Origin: Eledone cirrhosa
Taxonomy: Eukaryota
Assembly: GCA_964016885.1 (NCBI GenBank)
Contig: OZ024741.1
Coordinates: 249,922,001 to 249,986,000, forward strand
Direction of reading: 5' to 3'
DNA length: 64,000 nt
Shown: piece after piece, positions 10,680 through 24,900 of the stretch
Position numbering within the stretch: the first letter of the stretch is position 1
How the letters are laid out: every line of letters begins with the position of its first letter
Translations under genes and position numbers: made by a program
The notes under the pieces: model-generated
Told to the model about the DNA's origin: nothing
What the model saw: only the letters and a program-made list of their open reading frames with translations
Databases searched by the model: none

Positions 10680-13600
10680 AGGGGAGATAATTTCCAGCCG
10701 TCCAAGGGGAGATAATTTTCAGCCGTCCAAGGAGAGGTAATTTCTAGCCGTCCAAGGGGAGATAATTTCCAGCCGTCCAAGGGGAGATAATTTTTTAAAA
10801 AAATCAGGCGGAGATAATTTGTAAACAAAAATCAGGGGGAGATAATTTGTAAAAAAAAATCAGGGGGAGATAATTTGTAAAAAAAAATCAGGGGGAGATA
10901 ATTTGTAAAAAAAATCAAGGGGAGATAATTTCCAGCCGTCCAAGGGGAGGTAATATCTAGCCATCCAAGGGGAGATAATTTCCAGCCGTCCAAGGGGAGA
11001 TAATTTCCAGCCGTCCAAGGGGAGATAATATCCAGCCGTCCAAGGAGACATATTTTCCAGCCGTCCAAGGAGACGTAATTTCTAGCCGTCCAAGGGGAGA
11101 TAAGTTCCAGCCTCCAAGGGGAGATAATTTCCAGCCAGCCAAGGGGAGATAATTTGTAAAAAAATTAGGGGGAGATAATTTGTAAAAAAAAATTAGGGGG
11201 AGATAATTTGTAAAAAAAAATCAGGGGGAGATAATTTGTAAAAAAAAATCAGGGGGAGATAATTTGTAAAAAAAATCAAGGGGAGATAATTTCCAGCCGT
11301 CCAAGGGGAGATAATTTTCAGCCGTCCAAGGAGAGGTAAATTCTAGCCGTCCAAGGAGATATAATTTCCAGCCGTCCAAGGGGAGATAATTTCCAGCCGT
11401 CCAAGGGGAGATAATTTTTAAAAAAAAATCAGGCGGAGATAATTTGTAAACAAAAATCAGGGGGAGATAATTTTTAAAAAAAAATCAGGGGGAGATAATT
11501 TGTAAAAAAAAATCAGGGGGAGATAATTTGTAAAAAAAATCAAGGGGAGATAATTTCCAGCCGTCCAAGGGGAGGTAATATCTAGCCATCCAAGGGGAGA
11601 TAATTTCCAGCCGTCCAAGGGGAGATAATTTCCAGCCGTCCAAGGGGAGATAATATCCAGCCGTCCAAGGAGACATATTTTCCAGCCGTCCAAGGAGAGG
11701 TAATTTCTAGCCGTCCAAGGGGAGATAAGTTCCAGCCTCCAAGGGGAGATAATTTCCAGCCAGCCAAGGGGAGATAATTTGTAAAAAATATCAAGGGGAG
11801 ATAATTTCCAGCCCTCCAAGGGGTTATAATTTCCAGCCGTGCAAGGGGAGATAATTTCCAGCCGTCCAAGGGGAGATAATTTCCATCCTTCCAAGGGGAG
11901 ATAATTTCCAGCCGTCCAAGGGGAGATAATTTCCCGCCAGCCAAGGGAAGATAATTTTTTAAAAAATCAGGCGGAGATTGTAAAAAAAATCAGGGGGAGA
12001 TAATTTGTAAAAAAAATCAGGGGGAGATAATTTGTAAAAAAAATCAGGGGGAGATAATTTGTAAAAAAAATCAGGGGTAGATAATTTTCAGCCGTCCAAG
12101 GGGAGATAATTTCCATCCTTCCAAGGGGAGATAATTTCCAGCCGTCCAAGGGGAGATAATTTCCAGCCAGCCAAGGAGAGATAACATTTAAAAAAATCAG
12201 GCGGAGATAATTTGTAAAAAAAATCAGGGGGAGATAATTTGTAAAAAAATCAGGGGGAGATAATTTGTAAAAAAAATCAGGGGTAGATAATTTCCAGCCG
12301 TCCAAGGGGAGATAATTTCCATCCTTCCAAGGGGAGATAATTTCCAGCCGTCCAAGGGGAGATAATTTCCCGCCAGCCAAGGAGAGATAATATTTAAAAA
12401 AATCAGGCGGAGATAATTTGTAAAAAAAATCAGGGGGAGATAATTTGTAAAAAAATCAGGGGGAGATAATTTGTAAAAAAAAATCAGGGGGAGATAATTT
12501 GTAAAAAAAATCAGGGGGAGATAATTTGTAAAAAAAAATCAGGGGTAGATAATTTGTAAAAAAAAATCAGGGGGAGATAATTTGTAAAAAAAAAATCAGG
12601 GGGAGATAATTTGTAAAAAAATCAAGGGGAGATAATTTCCAGCCGTCCAAGGGGAGATAATTTTCAGCCGTCCAAGGAGAGGTAATTTCTAGCCGTCCAA
12701 GGGGAGATAATTTCCAGCCGTCCAAGGGGAGATAATTTTTTTAAAAAAATCAGGCGGAGATAATTTGTAAACAAAAATCAGGGGGAGATAATTTGTAAAA
12801 AAAAATCAGGGGGAGATAATTTGTAAAAAAAAATCAGGGGGAGATAATTTGTAAAAAAAATCAAGGGGAGATAATTTCCAGCCGTCCAAGGGAAGGTAAT
12901 ATCTAGCCATCCAAGGGGAGATAATTTCCAGCCGTCCAAGGGGAGATAATTTCCAGCCGTCCAAGGGGAGATAATATCCAGCCGTCCAAGGAGACATATT
13001 TTCCAGCCGTCCAAGGAGACGTAATTTCTAGCCGTCCAAGGGGAGATAAGTTCCAGCCTCCAAGGGGAGATAATTTCCAGCCAGCCAAGGGGAGATAATT
13101 TGTAAAAAAATTAGGGGGAGATAATTTGTAAAAAAAAATTAGGGGGAGATAATTTGTAAAAAAAATCAGGGGGAGATAATTTGTAAAAAAAAATCAGGGG
13201 GAGATAATTTGTAAAAAAAATCAAGGGGAGATAATTTCCAGCCGTCCAAGGGGAGATAATTTTCAGCCGTCCAAGGAGAGGTAAATTCTAGCCGTCCAAG
13301 GAGATATAATTTCCAGCCGTCCAAGGGGAGATAATTTCCAGCCGTCCAAGGGGAGATAATTTTTTTAAAAAAATCAGGCGGAGATAATTTGTAAACAAAA
13401 ATCTGGGGGAGATAATTTTTTAAAAAAAATCAGGGGGAGATAATTTGTAAAAAAAAATCAGGGGGAGATAATTTGTAAAAAAAATCAAGGGGAGATAATT
13501 TCCAGCCGTCCAAGGGGAGGTAATATCTAGCCATCCAAGGGGAGATAATTTCCAGCCGTCCAAGGGGAGATAATTTCCAGCCGTCCAAGGGGAGATAATA

Positions 13601-14000
13601 TCCAGCCGTCCAAGGAGACATATTTTCCAGCCGTCCAAGGAGAGGTAATTTCTAGCCGTCCAAGGGGAGATAAGTTCCAGCCTCCAAGGGGAGATAATTT
13701 CCAGCCAGCCAAGGGGAGATAATTTGTAAAAAAATCAGGGGGGAGATAATTTGTAAAAAAAATCAGGGGGAGATAATTTGAAAAAAAAATCAGGGGGAGA
13801 TAATTTGTAAAAAATATCAAGGGGAGATAATTTCCAGCCCTCCAAGGGGCTATAATTTCCAGCCGTGCAAGGGGAGATAATTTCCAGCCGTCCAAGGGGA
13901 GATAATTTCCATCCTTCCAAGGGGAGATAATTTCCAGCCGTCCAAGGGGAGATAATTTCCCGCCAGCCAAGGGAAGATATTTTTTAAAAAATCAGGCGGA
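10680..14000 (+). repeat. Diverged tandem duplication, period ~1,945 bp (Q-R-T-R-S)
   Basis: ORF offsets 10832/12778 (1946) and 11485/13430 (1945). T blocks at 11280 and ~13225. The number of A monomers before S differs between copies. Confidence 0.75.
11280..11404 (+). repeat. B-block T (5 monomers, Q-derived), representative copy
   Basis: GGAGAGGTAAATTCTAGCCGTCCAAGGAGATATAATTT. Other copies near 13.22, 26.25, 48.69, 53.88 and 57.33 kb. Confidence 0.88.
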
Positions 14001-17000
14001 GATTGTAAAAAAAATCAGGGGGAGATAATTTGTAAAAAAATCAGGGGGAGATAATTTGTAAAAAAAAAATCAGGGGGAGATAATTTGTAAAAAAAAATCA
14101 GGGGGAGATAATTTGTAAAAAAAATCAGGGGGAGATAATTTGTAAAAAAAATCAGGGGTAGATAATTTGTAAAAAAAATCAGGGGGAGATAATTTGTAAA
14201 AAAAATCAGGGGGAGATAATTTGTAAAAAAAATCAGGGGTAGATAATTTTCAGCCGTCCAAGGGGAGATAATTTCCATCCTTCCAAGGGGAGATAATTTC
14301 CAGCCTTCCAAGGGGAGATAATTTCCCGCCAGCCAAGGAGAGATAACATTTAAAAAAATCAGGCGGAGATAATTTGTAAAAAAATCAGGGGGAGATAATT
14401 TGTAAAAAAAAATCAGGGGTAGATAATTTCCAGCCGTCCAAGGGGAGATAATTTCCATCCTTCCAAGGGGAGATAATTTCCAGCCGTCCAAGGGGAGATA
14501 ATTTCCCGCCAGCCAAGGAGAGATAATATTTAAAAAAATCAGGCGGAGATAATTTGTAAAAAAAATCAGGGGGAGATAATTTGTAAAAAAATCAGGGGGA
14601 GATAATTTGTAAAAAAAAATCAGGGGGAGATAATTTGTAAAAAAAAATCAGGGGGAGATAATTTGTAAAAAAAAATCAGGGGTAGATAATTTGTAAAAAA
14701 AAATCAGGGTGAGATAATTTGTAAAAGAAAAATCAGGGGGAGATAATTTGTAAAAAAATCAAGGGGAGATAATTTCCAGCCGTCCAAGGGGAGATAATTT
14801 TCAGCCGTCCAAGGAGAGGTAATTTCTAGCCGTCCAAGGGGAGATAATTTCCAGCCGTCCAAGGGGAGATAATTTTTTTAAAAAAATCAGGCGGAGATAA
14901 TTTGTAAACAAAAATCAGGGGGAGATAATTTGTAAAAAAAAATCAGGGGGAGATAATTTGTAAAAAAAAATCAGGGGGAGATAATTTGTAAAAAAAATCA
15001 AGGGGAGATAATTTGTCAAAAAAAATCAGGGGTAGATAATTTGTAAAAAAAAATCAGGGGGAGATAATTTGTAAAAAAAAAATCAGGGGGAGATAATTTG
15101 TAAAAAAATCAAGGGGAGATAATTTCCAGCCGTCCAAGGGGAGATAATTTTCAGCCGTCCAAGGAGAGGTAATTTCTAGCCGTCCAAGGGGAGATAATTT
15201 CCAGCCAGCCAAGGGGAGATAATTTGTAAAAAAATCAGGGGTAGATAATTTGTAAAAAAAAATCAGGGGGAGATAATTTGTAAAAAAAATCAGGGGGAGA
15301 TAATTTGTAAAAAAAATCAGGGGTAGATAATTTCCAGCCGTCCAAGGGGAGATAATTTCCATCCTTCCAAGGGGAGATAATTTCCAGCCGTCCAAGGGGA
15401 GATAATTTCCCGCCAGCCAAGGAGAGATAACATTTAAAAAAATCAGGCGGAGATAATTTGTAAAAAAAATCAGGGGGAGATAATTTGTAAAAAAATCAGG
15501 GGGAGATAATTTGTAAAAAAAATCAGGGGTAGATAATTTCCAGCCGTCCAAGGGGAGATAATTTCCATCCTTCCAAGGGGAGATAATTTCCAGCCGTCCA
15601 AGGGGAGATAATTTCCCGCCAGCCAAGGAGAGATAATATTTAAAAAAATCAGGCGGAGATAATTTGTAAAAAAAATCAGGGGGAGATAATTTGTAAAAAA
15701 ATCAGGGGGAGATAATTTGTAAAAAAAAATCAGGGGAGATAATTTGTAAAAAAAATCAGGGGGAGATAATTTGTAAAAAAAAATCAGGGGTAGATAATTT
15801 GTAAAAAAAAATCAGGGGGAGATAATTTGTAAAAAAAAAATCAGGGGGAGATAATTCGTAAAAAAATCAAGGGGAGATAATTTCCAGCCGTCCAAGGGGA
15901 GATAATTTTCAGCCGTCCAAGGAGGTAATTTCTAGCCGTCCAAGGGGAGATAATTTCCAGCCGTCCAAGGGGAGATAATTTTTTTAAAAAAATCAGGCGG
16001 AGATAATTTGTAAACAAAAATCAGGGGGAGATAATTTGTAAAAAAAAATCAGGGGGAGATAATTTGTAAAAAAAAATCAGGGGGAGATAATTTGTAAAAA
16101 AAATCAAGGGGAGATAATTTCCAGCCGTCCAAGGGGAGGTAATATCTAGCCATCCAAGGGGAGATAATTTCCAGCCGTCCAAGGGGAGATAATTTCCAGC
16201 CGTCCAAGGGGAGATAATATCCAGCCGTCCAAGGAGACATATTTTCCAGCCGTCCAAGGAGAGGTAATTTCTAGCCGTCCAAGGGGAGATAAGTTCCAGC
16301 CTCCAAGGGGAGATAATTTCCAGCCAGCCAAGGGGAGATAATTTGTAAAAAAATCAGGGGGAGATAATTTGTAAAAAAAAAATCAGGGGCAGATAATTTG
16401 TAAAAAAATCAGGGGGAGATAATTTGTAAAAAAAATCAGGGGGAGATAATTTGTAGAAAAAATCAGGGGTAGATAATTTGTAAAAAAAATCAGGGGGAGA
16501 TAATTTGTAAAAAAAATCAGGGGGAGATAATTTGTAAAAAAAATCAGGGGTAGATAATTTTCAGCCGTCCAAGGGGAGATAATTTCCATCCTTCCAAGGG
16601 GAGATAATTTCCAGCCGTCCAAGGGGAGATAATTTCCCGCCAGCCAAGGAGAGATAACATTTTAAAAAATCAGGCGGAGATAATTTGTAAAAAAAATCAG
16701 GGGGAGATAATTTGTAAAAAAATCAGGGGGAGATAATTTGTAAAAAAAATCAGGGGTAGATAATTTCCAGCCGTCCAAGGGGAGATAATTTCCATCCTTC
16801 CATGGGGAGATAATTTCCAGCCGTCCAAGGGGAGATAATTTCCCGCCAGCCAAGGAGAGATAATATTTAAAAAAATCAGGCGGAGATAATTTGTAAAAAA
16901 AATCAGGTGGAGATAATTTGTAAAAAAATCAGGGGGAGATAATTTGTAAAAAAAAATCAGGGGGAGATAATTTGTAAAAAAAATCAGGGGGAGATAATTT

Positions 17001-20000
17001 GTAAAAAAAATCAGGGGTAGATAATTTGTAAAAAAAAAATCAGGGGGAGATAATTTGTAAAAAAAAAATCAGGGGGAGATAATTTGTAAAAAAATCAAGG
17101 GGAGATAATTTCCAGCCGTCCAAGGGGAGATAATTTTCAGCCGTCCAAGGAGAGGTAATTTCTAGCCGTCCAAGGGGAGATAATTTCCAGCCGTCCAAGG
17201 GGAGATAATTTTTTTAAAAAAATCAGGCGGAGATAATTTGTAAACAAAAATCAGGGGGAGATAATTTGTAAAAAAAAATCAGGGGGAGATAATTTGTAAA
17301 AAAAAATCAGGGGGAGATAATTTGTAAAAAAAATCAAGGGGAGATAATTTCCAGCCGTCCAAGGGGAGGTAATATCTAGCCATCCAAGGGGAGATAATTT
17401 CCAGCCGTCCAAGGGGAGATATTTTCCAGCCGTCCAAGGAGAGGTAATTTCTAGCCGTCCAAGGGGAGATAAGTTCCTGCCTCCAAGGGGAGATAATTTC
17501 CAGCCAGCCAAGGGGAGATAATTTGTAAAAAAATCAGGGGGAGATAATTTGTAAAAAAAAAATCAGGGGGAGATAATTTGTAAAAAAATCAGGGGGAGAT
17601 AATTTGTAAAAAAAAAATCAGGGGGAGATAATTTGTAAAAAAAATCAGGGGGAGATAATTTGTAAAAAAAATCAGGGGTAGATAATTTGTAAAAAAAATC
17701 AGGGGGAGATAATTTGTAAAAAAAATCAGGGGGAGATAATTTGTAAAAAAAATCAGGGGTAGATAATTTTCAGCCCTCCAAGGGGAGATAATTTCCAGCC
17801 GTCCAAGGGGAGATAATTTCCCGCCAGCCAAGGAGAGATAACATTTAAAAAAATCAGGCGGAGATAATTTGTAAAAAAAATCAGGGGGAGATAATTTGTA
17901 AAAAAATTAGGGGGAGATAATTTGTAAAAAAAATCAGGGGTAGATAATTTCCAGCCGTCCAAGGGGAGATAATTTCCATCCTTCCAAGGGGAGATAATTT
18001 CCAGCCGTCCAAGGGGAGATAATTTCCCGCCAGCCAAGGAGAGATAATATTTAAAAAAATCAGGCGGAGATAATTTGTAAAAAAAATCAGGGGGAGATAA
18101 TTTGTAAAAAAATCAGGGGGAGATAATTTGTAAAAAAAAATCAGGGGGAGATAATTTGTAAAAAAAATCAGGGGGAGATAATTTGTAAAAAAAAATCAGG
18201 GGTAGATAATTTGTAAAAAAAAATCAGGGGGAGATAATTTGTAAAAAAAAATCAGGGGGAGATAATTTGTAAAAAAATCAAGGGGAGATAATTTCCAGCC
18301 GTCCAAGGGGAGATAATTTTCAGCCGTCCAAGGAGAGGTAATTTCTAGCCGTCCAAGGGGAGAGAATTTCCAGCCGTCCAAGGGGAGATAATTTTTTTGA
18401 AAAAATCAGGCGGAGATAATTTGTAAACAAAAATCAGGGGGAGATAATTTGTAAAAAAAAATCAGGGGGAGATAATTTGTAAAAAAAAATCAGGGGGAGA
18501 TAATTTGTAAAAAAAATCAAGGGGAGATAATTTCCAGCCGTCCAAGGGGAGGTAATATCTAGCCATCCAAGGGGAGATAATTTCCAGCCGTCCAAGGGGA
18601 GATAATTTCCAGCCGTCCAAGGGGAGATAATATCCAGCCGTCCAAGGAGACATATTTTCCAGCCGTCCAAGGAGACGTAATTTCTAGCCGTCCAAGGGGA
18701 GATAAGTTCCAGCCTCCAAGGGGAGATAATTTCCAGCCAGCCAAGGGGAGATAATTTGTAAAAAAATTAGGGGGAGATAATTTGTAAAAAAAAATTAGGG
18801 GGAGATAATTTGTAAAAAAAAATCAGGGGGAGATAATTTGTAAAAAAAAATCAGGGGGAGATAATTTGTAAAAAAAAATCAGGGGGAGATAATTTGTAAA
18901 AAAAAAATCAGGCGGAGATAATTTGTAAAAAAATCAAGGGGAGATAATTTCCAGCCGTCCAAGGGGAGATAATTTTCAGCCGTCCAAGGAGAGGTAATTT
19001 CTAGCCGTCCAAGGGGAGATAATTTCCAGCCGTCCAAGGGGAGATAATTTTTTTAAAAAAATCAGGCGGAGATAATTTGTAAACAAAAATCAGGGGGAGA
19101 TAATTTGTAAAAAAAAATCAGGGGGAGATAATTTGTAAAAAAAATCAGGGGGAGATAATTTGTAAAAAAAATCAAGGGGAGATAATTTGTAAAAAAAAAT
19201 CAGGGGTAGATAATTTGTAAAAAAAAATCAGGGGGAGATAATTTGTAAAAAAAAATCAGGGGGAGATAATTTGTAAAAAAATCAAGGGGAGATAATTTCC
19301 AGCCGTCCAAGGGGAGATAATTTTCAGCCGTCCAAGGAGAGGTAATTTCTAGCCGTCCAAGGGGAGATAATTTCCATCCAGCCAAGGGGAGATAATTTGT
19401 AAAAAAATCAGGGGTAGATAATTTGTAAAAAAAAATCAGGGGGAGATAATTTGTAAAAAAAATCAGGGGGAGATAATTTGTAAAAAAAATCAGGGGTAGA
19501 TAATTTCCAGCCGTCCAAGGGGAGATAATTTCCATCCTTCCAAGGGGAGATAATTTCCAGCCGTCCAAGGGGAGATAATTTCCCGCCAGCCAAGGAGAGA
19601 TAACATTTAAAAAAATCAGGCGGAGATAATTTGTAAAAAAAATCAGGGGGAGATAATTTGTAAAAAAATCAGGGGGAGATAATTTGTAAAAAAAATCAGG
19701 GGTAGATAATTTCCAGCCGTCCAAGGGGAGATAATTTCCATCCTTCCAAGGGGAGATAATTTCCAGCCGTCCAAGGGGAGATAATTTCCCGCCAGCCAAG
19801 GAGAGATAATATTTAAAAAAATCAGGCGGTGATAATTTGTAAAAAAAATCAGGGGGAGATAATTTGTAAAAAAATCAGGGGGAGATAATTTGTAAAATAA
19901 AATCAGGGGAGATAATTTGTAAAAAAAATCAGGGGGTGATAATTTGTAAAAAAAATCAGGGGTAGATAATTTGTAAAAAAAAATCAGGGGGAGATAATTT

Positions 20001-21950
20001 GTAAAAAAAAAATCAGGGGGAGATAATTTGTAAAAAAATCAAGGGGAGATAATTTCCAACCGTCCAAGGGGAGATAATTTTCAGCCGTCCAAGGAGGTAA
20101 TTTCTAGCCGTCCAAGGGGAGATAATTTCCAGCCGTCCAAGGGGAGATAATTTTTTTAAAAAAATCAGGCGGAGATAATTTGTAAACAAAAATCAGGGGG
20201 AGATAATTTGTAAAAAAAAATCAGGGGGAGATAATTTGTAAAAAAAATCGAGGGGAGATAATTTCCAGCCGTCCAAGGGGAGGTAATATCTAGCCATCCA
20301 AAGGGAGATAATTTCCAGCCGTCCAAGGGGAGATAATTTCCAGCCGTCCAAGGGGAGATAATATCCAGCCGTCCAAGGAGACATATTTTCCAGCCGTCCA
20401 AGGAGAGGTAATTTCTAGCCGTCCAAGGGGAGATAAGTTCCAGCCTCCAAGGGGAGATAATTTCCAGCCAGCCAAGGGGAGATAATTTGTAAAAAAATCA
20501 GGGGGAGATAATTTGTAAAAAAAAAATCAGGGGGAGATAATTTGTAAAAAAATCAGGGGGAGATAATTTGTAAAAAAAAAATCAGGGGGAGATAATTTGT
20601 AAAAAAAATCAGGGGGAGATAATTTGTAGAAAAAATCAGGGGTAGATAATTTGTAAAAAAAATCAGGGGGAGATAATTTGTAAAAAAAATCAGGGGGAGA
20701 TAATTTGTAAAAGAAATCAGGGGTAGATAATTTTCAGTCGTCCAAGGGGAGATAATTTCCATCCTTCCAAGGGGAGATAATTTCCAGCCGTCCAAGGGGA
20801 GATAATTTCCCGCCAGCCAAGGAGAGATAACATTTAAAAAAATCAGGCGGAGATAATTTGTAAAAAAAATCAGGGGGAGATAATTTGTAAAAAAATCAGG
20901 GGGAGATAATTTGTAAAAAAAATCAGGGGTAGATAATTTCCAGCCGTCCAAGGGGAGATAATTTCCATCCTTCCAAGGGGAGATAATTTCCAGCCGTCCA
21001 AGGGGAGATAATTTCCCGCCAGCCAAGGAGAGATAATATTTAAAAAAATCAGGCGGAGATAATTTGTAAAAAAAATCAGGGGGAGATAATTTGTAAAAAA
21101 ATCAGGGGGAGATAATTTGTAAAAAAAAATCAGGGGGAGATAATTTGTAAAAAAAATCAGGGGGAGATAATTTGTAAAAAAAATCAGGGGTAGATAATTT
21201 GTAAAAAAAAATCAGGGGGAGATAATTTGTAAAAAAAAAATCAGGGGGAGATAATTTGTAAAAAAATCAAGGTGAGATAATTTCCAGCCGTCCAAGGGGA
21301 GATAATTTTCAGCCGTCCAAGGAGAGGTAATTGCTAGCCGTCCAAGGGGAGATAATTTCCAGCCGTCCAAGGGGAGATAATTTTTTTAAAAAAATCAGGC
21401 GGAGATAATTTGTAAACAAAAATCAGGGGGAGATAATTTGTAAAAAAAAATCAGGGGGAGATAATTTGTAAAAAAAAATCAGGGGGAGATAATTTGTAAA
21501 AAAAATCAAGGGGAGATAATTTCCAGCCGTCCAAGGGGAGGTAATATCTAGCCATCCAAGGGGAGATAATTTCCAGCCGTCCAAGGGGAGATAATTTCCA
21601 GCCGTCCAAGGGGAGATAATATCCAGCCGTCCAAGGAGACATATTTTCCAGCCGTCCAAGGAGAGGTAATTTCTAGCCGTCCAAGGGGAGATAAGTTCCA
21701 GCCTCCAAGGGGAGATAATTTCCAGCCAGCCAAGGGGAGATAATTTGTAAAAAAATCAGGGGGAGATAATTTGTAAAAAAAAATCAGGGGGAGATAATTT
21801 GTAAAAAAATCAGGGGGAGATAATTTGTAAAAAAAAAATCAGGGGGAGATAATTTGTAAAAAAAATCAGGGGGAGATAATTTGTAAAAAAATCAGGGGTA
21901 GATAATTTGTAAAAAAAATCAGGGGGAGATAATTTGTAAAAAAAATCAGG
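13820..21950 (+). repeat. Diverged copy of ~2,290-10,330 (offset 11,528-11,612 bp)
   Basis: ORF offsets 2487/14015 and 3526/15054 (11528), 5641/17251 (11610), 6611/18196 and 8580/20165 (11585), 9811/21423 (11612). Shared markers TTTGTCAAA, GGGGCAGAT and TTCAGTCGTCC. Confidence 0.85.
20252..21509 (+). repeat. Canonical 48-monomer higher-order repeat unit R-A9-P1-A4-P2-A9-Q-A5 (1,258 bp)
   Basis: Counted manually as 21 B + 27 A monomers between R-block starts at 20252 and 21510. Confidence 0.88.
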
Positions 21951-24900
21951 GGGAGATAATTTGTAAAAAAAATCAGGGGTAGATAATTTTCAGCCGTCCA
22001 AGGGGAGATAATTTCCATCCTTCCAAGGGGAGATAATTTCCAGCCGTCCAAGGGGAGATAATTTCCCGCCAGCCAAGGAGAGATAACATTTAAAAAAATC
22101 AGGCGGAGATAATTTGTAAAAAAATCAGGGGGAGATAATTTGTAAAAAAAATCAGGGGGAGATAATTTGTAAAAAAAATCAGGGGGAGATAATTTGTAAA
22201 AAAAAATCAGGGGTAGATAATTTGTAAAAAAAAATCAGGGGGAGATAATTTGTAAAAAAAAATCAGGGGGAGATAATTTGTAAAAAAATCAAGGGGAGAT
22301 AATTTCCAGCCGTCCAAGGGGAGATAATTTCCAGCCGTCCAAGGGGAGGTAATATCTAGCCATCCAAGGGGAGATAATTTCCAGCCGTCCAAGGGGAGAT
22401 AATTTCCAGCCGTCCAAGGGGAGATAATATCCAGCCGTCCAAGGAGACATATTTTCCAGCCGTCCAAGGAGACGTAATTTCTAGCCGTCCAAGGGGAGAT
22501 AAGTTCCAGCCTCCAAGGGGAGATAATTTCCAGCCAGCCAAGGGGAGATAATTTGTAAAAAAATCAGGGGAGATAATTTGTAAAAAAAATCAGGGGGAGA
22601 TAATTTGTAAAAAAAAATCAGGGGTAGATAATTTGTAAAAAAAATCAGGGGGAGATAATTTGTAAAAAAAAAATCAGGGGGAGATAATTTGTAAAAAAAT
22701 CAAGGGGAGATAATTTCCAACCGTCCAAGGGGAGATAATTTTCAGCCGTCCAAGGAGGTAATTTCTAGCCGTCCAAGGGGAGATAATTTCCAGCCGTCCA
22801 AGGGGAGATAATTTTTTTAAAAAAATCAGGCGGAGATAATTTGTAAACAAAAATCAGGGGGAGATAATTTGTAAAAAAAAATCAGGGGGAGATAATTTGT
22901 AAAAAAAATCAGGGGGAGATAATTTGTAAAAAAAATCAAGGGGAGATAATTTCCAGCCGTCCAAGGGGAGGTAATATCTAGCCATCCAAAGGGAGATAAT
23001 TTCCAGCCGTCCAAGGGGAGATAATTTCCAGCCGTCCAAGGGGAGATAATATCCAGCCGTCCAAGGAGACATATTTTCCAGCCGTCCAAGGAGAGGTAAT
23101 TTCTAGCCGTCCAAGGGGAGATAAGTTCCAGCCTCCAAGGGGAGATAATTTCCAGCCAGCCAAGGGGAGATAATTTGTAAAAAAATCAGGGGGAGATAAT
23201 TTGTAAAAAAAAAATCAGGGGGAGATAATTTGTAAAAAAATCAGGGGGAGATAATTTGTAAAAAAAAAATCAGGGGGAGATAATTTGTAAAAAAAATCAG
23301 GGGGAGATAATTTGTAGAAAAAATCAGGGGTAGATAATTTGTAAAAAAAATCAGGGGGAGATAATTTGTAAAAAAAATCAGGGGGAGATAATTTGTAAAA
23401 AAAATCAGGGGTAGATAATTTTCAGCCGTCCAAGGGGAGATAATTTCCATCCTTCCAAGGGGAGATAATTTCCAGCCGTCCAAGGGGAGATAATTTCCCG
23501 CCAGCCAAGGAGAGATAACATTTAAAAAAATCAGGCGGAGATAATTTGTAAAAAAAATCAGGGGGAGATAATTTGTAAAAAAATCAGGGGGAGATAATTT
23601 GTAAAAAAAAATCAGGGGTAGATAATTTCCAGCCGTCCAAGGGGAGATAATTTCCATCCTTCCAAGGGGAGATAATTTCCAGCCGTCCAAGGGGAGATAA
23701 TTTCCCGCCAGCCAAGGAGAGATAATATTTAAAAAAATCAGGCGGAGATAATTTGTAAAAAAAATCAGGGGGAGATAATTTGTAAAAAAATCAGGGGGAG
23801 ATAATTTGTAAAAAAAAATCAGGGGAGATAATTTGTAAAAAAAATCAGGGGGAGATAATTTGTAAAAAAAAATCAGGGGTAGATAATTTGTAAAAAAAAA
23901 TCAGGGGGAGATAATTTGTAAAAAAAAAATCAGGGGGAGATAATTTGTAAAAAAATCAAGGGGAGATAATTTCCAGCCGTCCAAGGGGAGATAATTTTCA
24001 GCCGTCCAAGGAGGTAATTTCTAGCCGTCCAAGGGGAGATAATTTCCAGCCGTCCAAGGGGAGATAATTTTTTTAAAAAAATCAGGCGGAGATAATTTGT
24101 AAACAAAAATCAGGGGGAGATAATTTGTAAAAAAAAATCAGGGGGAGATAATTTGTAAAAAAAAATCAGGGGGAGATAATTTGTAAAAAAAATCAAGGGG
24201 AGATAATTTCCAGCCGTCCAAGGGGAGGTAATATCTAGCCATCCAAGGGGAGATAATTTCCAGCCGTCCAAGGGGAGATAATTTCCAGCCGTCAAAGGGG
24301 AGATAATATCCAGCCGTCCAAGGAGACATATTTTCCAGCCGTCCAAGGAGAGGTAATTTCTAGCCGTCCAAGGGGAGATAAGTTCCAGCCTCCAAGGGGA
24401 GATAATTTCCAGCCAGCCAAGGGGAGATAATTTGTAAAAAAATCAGGGGGAGATAATTTGTAAAAAAAAATCAGGGGGAGATAATTTGTAAAAAAATCAG
24501 GGGGAGATAATTTGTAAAAAAAAAATCAGGGGGAGATAATTTGTAAAAAAAATCAGGGGGAGATAATTTGTAGAAAAAATCAGGGGTAGATAATTTGTAA
24601 AAAAAATCAAGGGGAGATAATTTGTAAAAAAAATCAGGGGGAGATAATTTGTAAAAAAAATCAGGGGTAGATAATTTTCAGCCGTCCAAGGGGAGATAAT
24701 TTCCATCCTTCCAAGGGGAGATAATTTCCAGCCGTCCAAGGGGAGATAATTTCCCGCCAGCCAAGGAGAGATAACATTTAAAAAAATCAGGCGGAGATAA
24801 TTTGTAAAAAAAATCAGGGGGAGATAATTTGTAAAAAAATCAGGGGGAGATAATTTGTAAAAAAAATCAGGGGTAGATAATTTCCAGCCGTCCAAGGGGA

